Program-made: the position numbers and the translations under genes
Origin: Eledone cirrhosa
Taxonomy: Eukaryota
Length of the DNA: 64,000 bases
Assembly: GCA_964016885.1 (NCBI GenBank)
Contig: OZ024741.1
Span: 53,134,001-53,198,000 of the forward strand
Direction of reading: 5' to 3'
Shown: one piece after another, positions 56,470 through 64,000 of the stretch
Layout: every line of letters begins with the position of its first letter
Position numbering within the stretch: the first letter of the stretch is position 1
The notes under the pieces: generated by a model
Told to the model about the DNA's origin: nothing
Seen by the model: only the letters and a program-made list of their open reading frames with translations
The model's database searches: none

Positions 56470-56645
56470 GGTATACTGGTATACAGACGCGTTAGAATGT
56501 CAGATAGAATGCTTTGCACAATTCAGATAGAATGTCCGATAAAATGCTTTGCAAAATGTGTTCCAGTGCTGCCCTCTTTGATTTCAAATCTCGCCGAAGT
56601 CAACCTTACCTTTCATTTTTTTCGAGTCGACAAAATACATACTAG
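56470..56645 (+). mobile_element. Decayed SINE family A
   Basis: 'ttcaaatctcgccgaagtcaaccttacctttcat...gtcgacaaaata'. Confidence 0.55.
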
Positions 56646-57377
56646 TTTCAATTCTTCCTCTAAAGCCCTTTGTACCTTCTCTATAATTCACTCTTCTTCT
56701 CGGGCTCACGACACGTCGTATATCACGACGGTGTCCCTGAGAGCCCATCACTACTTACAGATCCTTCCATCCATCTATCATCCATACATACATATATATT
56801 TCTTTCATACATTTTAGGTTTTAAATCGATCCATCAGAGGATTTATATAACTATCAACATGTTTTACACAGTAATATATGGATTCATCTTCCTAGTATGG
56901 TGTTCTGAATATATACATATATTTGTACAAGCATTCTGCCGTTTACTGCCAGAAAAAATCATATATATATATATGTGTGTGTGTGTTGGGGTGGGGGGTG
57001 ATGAATATATATATATATGTATATATACATGATTGTTTCTGAGGATAGTCGACAGAATGGATGTGTTTATCGAGGCTTATAGTATGGAGATGCTTAAATA
57101 CTCTTGATTGGTCTACACCTCGAGTAATATTGCTTGCCTACTGATACAATCGTAAGACAATGGATTAGTTAACTACCACACTTTGCCTTATATTTCACTT
57201 ACTCAGTATTATAGTGGACTTTATTATTTGACCACTGCACGACAAGTCCTACGATACCGCTTTTCATAAAAAAAATTTCGCTATACTTTGATGGGATGTT
57301 AACTTCAACACGACACAGTGTTTTAAAATAGTAATAAAATCGGTCTCAATTACGTTGAACATGAATGATTATATGAT

Positions 57378-57494
<117 letters not shown>

Positions 57495-57632
57495 GTTATA
57501 GAGTAAGGTGTATTATTGGTTGTGTCATACGGTCCAATAAACTTTTGTTAGCAATATTAAGTTCTCCACGCTTTTGTATATCTCCAATTCCATTTATGGG
57601 AACAGCTAGATGATGTAAAACGGGGTATTTGT

Positions 57633-57916
57633 ATCAAAATAAAGATCCGAAGGCATGGCATAAATGTCCAATCATTTTAATCACGACACATGTTTCAATA
57701 AGAGATAGATCGATCGTGTAGCCATGATCGATTATCACTGATCTCGTCAGGTGAAAATGATTTGTCTTCAAATCCTTGATATGGGGGAGAAAATTTAACG
57801 ATGTTCACTCACTAGAGTGATAATCGATCATGGCCACACGATCGATCTATCTTTTATTGAAACGTGTCGTGATTAAAATGATTGGACATTTATGCCATGC
57901 CTTCGGATCTTTATTT

Positions 57917-57921
<5 letters not shown>
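57633..57921. mobile_element. Fold-back HHR element in (TA)n
   Basis: 57633-57739 is the reverse complement of ~57816-57921. Confidence 0.75.
57681..57754 (-). ncRNA. Type I hammerhead with a long stem II
   Basis: Reverse complement: tcac-CTGACGA-gat...atcgatc atggctacac gatcgat...att-GAAA-catgtg-TC-gtga. Confidence 0.75.
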
Positions 57922-57982
<61 letters not shown>

Positions 57983-58150
57983 GGAAGCAGAAAATTGCTT
58001 ATTGTGATCCAGTTCGTTGCAGTATAACAATATAGGGTTGCACTTACCAATGAAACGGTCGTAAATACCTGGATAAAATCCGTCTCTTAATGCTCACCTG
58101 TGTTTTCTCTTTTATACTATATATATATATATATATATACTATATATTTA

Positions 58151-58210
<60 letters not shown>

Positions 58211-58240
58211 CGACTATGGACGCATCCAAGCAACCTTACT

Positions 58241-58296
<56 letters not shown>

Positions 58297-58487
58297 CTGT
58301 GTAGAAAAGATATTTAAGTTGTTGGAAATCCAACAAATATAGATGTTTATAACTGATTCAGAGCACTCGACAGTTTCTGGAGTAAGTATTCAATGGTATT
58401 AAGTATTCAATGATATTATCCATGGGATAACTTGAATCGTTAAGGTATATTATCTTTGGTCATGTCAAATATTTATAAAACATTTTG

Positions 58488-58547
58488 TATTTTATCTGAT
58501 GATAGCGCACCAAAATTGTTGGTACCCTTGAAATATATAACAGAATA
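58488..58547 (+). ncRNA. Type I hammerhead motif (decayed copy of the 60803 family)
   Basis: tattttat-CTGATGA-tagcgcacca...tggtaccctt-GAAA-tata-TA-acagaata. Confidence 0.6.
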
Positions 58548-58586
58548 AATAGGCTTTTATAAATATAGTTTCCATATATTTAATAT

Positions 58587-58652
<66 letters not shown>

Positions 58653-59203
58653 AGTAAGGTTGCTTGGATGCGTCCATAGGCAGTATACCAGTGTGTGATC
58701 AGGAGCTCAGAATGTCTGTCTATGTGTGAGCACACGCGTGTGTGGGTGTGTATGTGTCTGGTGACGGGCAAGGCTAGTACTGGCAAGACAGATCACAACC
58801 CCTTGCCAATGTAGCAGTAATTCTGGCGACAGAATTAAGGTGAGTGACAGCTCACGCCTGAATGGAAATGGTCATTGGGCAGCTTTGCATGGTCAAACAT
58901 ACAGTTGACGTCTCGAACTCTTAACCAATCGACTGGCCGCGCAAACAGGATGATGGCAGATGATAGAAATTTTAAGGGTCGGAGTCCAATAGACAGAGGA
59001 TTTGCTTCGAAGTCACTAGACGTATCTGAAGAACTTCCGAATCCAGAATCAGGTTCGATCCACAAATAGATCGCACCTCGAGCTGTTCGCCGGAGAAACA
59101 GTTGTAATACGTTAATACATTCTGTTCATACATCATTGATTCTTCGTTTTCCATATTATATATATATATATATATATTTGTGTGTGTGTGAATATGTGCA
59201 TGC

Positions 59204-59246
<43 letters not shown>

Positions 59247-60802
59247 CCTGTCTCTGTAGGTATGTATGCGTATCTGAAGAAATATAAATGCAGTAATACA
59301 ATCTGCGAGAAAATAAGAGTGACAATGTTCATGAAAATAATCGAAACGAAATATACTTCTCGGAATTTGAGAAATATCTTTTAGAAAACTGCACACAACA
59401 ATACTTGTATTAAATCTACCCTCCTTGATCAGAAAAGCTTTTTCCTCCCGAGCGACTTCTTTGCCGTTTTCATCCACCAATGATGAAAGACACATGGCCG
59501 AATCGTTGTGCACTGCAATAGAAGCCTAAACCATGTAGTTCCATAACGTACTTCCTAACCACTCAGCAATATGTTCATTGCTTTTCGTACATTTTCTAAT
59601 TAATATAGCTGTCATAACGAAGCTTCTATTAATGTGTGTATTTTTACATAAGTTAATTACACTATATTTATTTATCGATATTTTTGTTTTATGTGGTTTA
59701 ATATAGTGTGACACAACGGTATTTTGACGCCGATACATAGACATACAAGGGGAACGTGTTGTAATTGTTTGTCCAGCGTAATTGTTTGCCCAACTTTCAT
59801 ATTTACTTGTGAATGAGTAAATGACATTGGATATTAGTAATATATTTAGTGCCTCACAGACGTGTGTGATTTCTTGCAGACAAAAAGATTTTCGTTTTTC
59901 TTGTTTCTGTAATATAGTTTAGAGTTAGTGTTTAATTGGGCGTCCTGTATATTATGCACTGTTCGATGACTTCAGATTTTCTGATAAAGTATTCATTTAT
60001 TCTGTCTATAGCCGGGAACTATTTACTTTAGACAATATACTTTATGTATGTTTGTCTACTATGTGTTCTATAGTTTAATAATGTATTTAAATATCTATTA
60101 TTCATGTATGAATATTTGTTTCGTCAATTAATTTGTTTACGGAGTTTTTCTTTTGTCGAATAAAACGTAATGGTTCTTCTGAGTAAATATTTTGCAATCG
60201 ATGTTTGTGCTGTTGATATGTTCGACGTTTTACTACAGTAGAATTAAGGATAAAGCAGACCTATGATCAAACGAGTACCAGACGTAACTATCTAGCAGCC
60301 AACATATATTTCTAAATACAGAGCATCTAGATGATGTGATCTATTTTGTCTTATATTTTAATACTGTAAGATAATTATTGAGGGTGATTAGGAAGTTGAT
60401 AAAACGCTCAGTAGGAGCATGAATGTATTCACGTGACCAGCTAGATATACATATCAAACTACACATTAAAAAGTAAATATTTCTAGGATAAGGTGTCACT
60501 AAATGTACGATTGTTGACAGAAAAAGAAACGAAATCGAATTATTGCCAAAGTACTTGATCATTGATAACACATATCACAATGATCTGGGGTAAAATATAA
60601 AATAACAACAATGACAACAATAACTCTATAAGGGCATATATATATTTAGTATAACAAGACGGGGTTTCACAATAAACCTTATGAATCATCGACCGTTATA
60701 TAGGTTTCGCTTACAAAATATATATATATTCACTATTCAAACAGAACTTAAAACGATAGGTTCTTGTTCTTGAATAGGTCACTATCTATAAAATAACTTT
60801 TG

Positions 60803-60865
60803 TATTTTATCTGATGAGAGCGTACCAAAACATGTTGGTACCTTTGAAATATATATAATAAAATA
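60803..60865 (+). ncRNA. Type I hammerhead motif, canonical core
   Basis: tattttat-CTGATGA-gagc gtacca aaacatgt tggtac cttt-GAAA-tatata-TA-ataaaata; perfect 8-bp stem I. Confidence 0.75.
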
Positions 60866-60932
60866 AATATGGTTTTATAAAGATGGTTTCTATTTATTAA
60901 TATTATTGATATATATATATATATATGTATGT

Positions 60933-61265
<333 letters not shown>

Positions 61266-61808
61266 CTTTTTTTATATATATATTTTATAGTTAAATCTAT
61301 TTAGTATTGTTTGCTGTACTGTATTTATTTTTTATTTCAAAACACACTGTTTGGGTGTTTTGTGGAAATAATCATATTTTTTCAATGTGAATTTTTTTTG
61401 CCAATGTGATTCACTGTTTATTCAGACCTGGCTTACCTTCTCTTTGATGTGACGTCACGTGCCACTAGGGAGCTTACTGCTAGCATCACCAGTCACTAAC
61501 AAATGACAGCTTAGTACGTTATTTTGTGCCTTTCCTAAACACAGAGGTAACCTCACGCTGAGGAAATGGCCACGCGCCGAATTACATAATGTGTACTACC
61601 GTTAATTAATATTCAGTTTACGACCAGCAGTTCGGGACCGTGGAATCTATTATAGCAATCCGGATACCGTATCATCTTAACCACACGTTTCCCTCGTTGT
61701 TTGACGAAAGTGTCCACTCTGTCCAGCGTGAAACGTTACAAACATCTCTATGCTTCATATGTTTATTCTGTCATTACCACAGCAGCGTCCGACGAGCTTT
61801 TGATATAT

Positions 61809-61861
<53 letters not shown>

Positions 61862-61876
61862 CGTGTGTGTGCGCGC

Positions 61877-61911
<35 letters not shown>

Positions 61912-61912
<1 letters not shown>

Positions 61913-62030
61913 ACACCGTGTTACTGAAAAGTTGTAGGCTTTGGGTAAAGGAAAATACGGGTGGATCAGTTAATTATGATTTTATTCAACATATTCCCCT
62001 TTCAGATTCACACACCTATTGCAGCGGCTC
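61912..62030. mobile_element. Mariner-like terminal fragment
   Basis: 'TAcaccgtgttactgaaaagttgtaggct...ttattcaacatattcccc' resembles the termini at 2719 and 31213. Confidence 0.35.
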
Positions 62031-62739
62031 TACCTCTCCTGTAAAAGTAACCCCTCTACCCTTTCGATATCCCTTAAGCCAGGGATTTTTCAGCATCAGG
62101 GTATATATATATATATATATACATACAGAAAGAGTGAGGCATACATACAGATAGATAGAAAAAGGGTAGTGAGAGAGAGAGATGGAGGGGGCGGGGGTGA
62201 GAGAGTGAGAGAGAGTGAATCAGATGTCAGACCAGTCGACAACAAATAAAAAAACGTAGAAGATATTTAGTTGGATAGTTAGAAAGATGATGAGGTGGAC
62301 TGAGTGAAATCTTAAGTAGTATTTCACTTCTTTTTATAGGTAACCTGAGAGACGACCTGACAGTATCGCTGTCTTAGAAATAGCAGTAAATTCTCCTTCA
62401 GCTCTACCCCCATTCCATTTTCGGAAAATAAATCAACAGTGAGTTTGATGAAGATAAGATTAGTTGAAAACATACGATGAACCTTAATTATTATCAACTT
62501 TATTTAGTGTTATTAGAGGGCAACCTTCAAACAAACTTCCTTTTCATAAGGATATAGACATATGTCATCAACCAGCAACAGTTACAACAATAACTCTAAT
62601 TAAACACACACTCTAGCATACAGAGGCTCCTCAACAACAATCGTCAGATTACTATATGTCAGAACAAATAAATAATAATTTAAACACTACACATGCGCAC
62701 TTGTACGTCGGCAAAACCCCTACATACATACAAATATAA

Positions 62740-62955
62740 TGGTTTCTTATATAGACACAATGCCACCAATTTGGGGGGAGAGGAAGTCGATTAAATCGAC
62801 CCCAGTGCGTGACTGGTACTTTATTTTATAGACCCCGTAAGGATGAAAGGCAAAGTTAACCTCGGCGTGATTTGAACTCAGATCATAAAGGGCCGTAACT
62901 CTATGCTACAAAGCATGGTATCCGACCCTCTACCGATACTGCCAATCCACATCCC
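62740..62955 (-). mobile_element. SINE family A
   Basis: Reverse complement of ~40090-40300. Confidence 0.8.
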
Positions 62956-63331
62956 TACATACAAATAAATCTAATAAGTGCCGTACACACAAATTCGCAC
63001 CCACAACTCCTCTACACACACGTATTTAACTCTGTAGCACTAGAACTCATCTAATAAAAATGTTTTGTAAGAAAATGTATATATACACACATACACATAC
63101 ACACACATGAATATATATATATATATACACATATATATATATAAACAATCACATTATAAACGTAAACATGTATGTATGTTTTTGAAACGGTGCGCGAGTT
63201 TGAAATTAGAAATTAGAAATTATAAGCTTTCACCGTACGGCAACACTCATCTTTTTCCATTCTCCGAGGGTTATAAACCCCACTATCAGGCTAGAAATTT
63301 CTTTAGTCTAAAATACGGTGAAAGCTTATAA

Positions 63332-63391
<60 letters not shown>

Positions 63392-63395
63392 ATAT

Positions 63396-63482
<87 letters not shown>

Positions 63483-63522
63483 CGTTATGGTCCACCTTGC
63501 TCCTTACCACACGTCCTTCGTT

Positions 63523-63556
<34 letters not shown>

Positions 63557-63649
63557 CGAAGGAAATGTGGTAAGGAACCAGGTGGGCCATAACACACCAG
63601 AATTAGCCGTCGAAACGGCTTGAGCTCAGCCGTCGGGGTCGTACTCGTT

Positions 63650-63706
<57 letters not shown>

Positions 63707-63903
63707 TATATATACAATGTAAATATAATGTAAATAATAATAAAAAAGTGTATAATCTTTCAAACATTTAATAACTGTGTGTATATATATACGAAACAAA
63801 CAGTCCTTTTTTTACCACTGTATCACGTGTTAATTCCTCCCTCCGCCACTCGAGACTTTCTCACTTGCTACGAACGCGTCAAGAAACAGTTCTTTTTTCT
63901 GAA

Positions 63904-64000
63904 AGGTCTCTTGATAATCCGTATCAACCTGACAGTGATGATGCATTTTTATAGTGCAGATAATGTGACACACTGATCGGCGAAACTGTAGTCGGGACTT
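63904..64000 (+). ncRNA. Degenerate HHR with a long stem II
   Basis: aggtctc-TTGATAA-tccg...cagtg...cactg atcggc-GAAA-ctgtag-TC-gggactt. Confidence 0.45.

Noticed and set aside
58835-59513. ORFs of 64-126 aa as host exons
   Set aside because: No recognisable domain, conflicting frames, and they run into microsatellites
63213-63339. 25-bp inverted repeat with GAAAGCTTA as an HHR element
   Set aside because: A real fold-back, but no intact core or stem I could be found

Overview
This is eukaryotic, AT-rich, microsatellite-dense DNA. The SINE family and repeat landscape resemble an octopus/cephalopod genome (inference). No host protein-coding gene can be supported, and almost all short ORFs are microsatellite or antisense artefacts. 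The window is a retroelement graveyard. It holds a head-to-tail stack of R4/Dong-type RLE non-LTR elements in (TAA)n tracts, Tx1/L1-like elements, several Penelope-like elements (PLEs), RTE and Vingi-like fragments, an internally deleted mariner and many tRNA-derived SINEs. The most interesting hidden layer is catalytic-RNA-like structure. A 311-bp tandem 'satellite' at 50.2-53.8 kb (smaller copy at 43.5-44.2 kb) carries one minimal type I hammerhead ribozyme (HHR) motif per unit, so it looks like a non-coding non-LTR retrozyme array. A divergent relative at ~3 kb keeps the same hairpins with different sequence. Several other unrelated HHR-bearing families sit in (TA)n tracts, mostly in the same outward-facing inverted architecture as the coding PLE at 32-35 kb. 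The full-length Dong-like copy starts with an HDV-like ribozyme candidate. All folds were read by eye; none was computed or tested.
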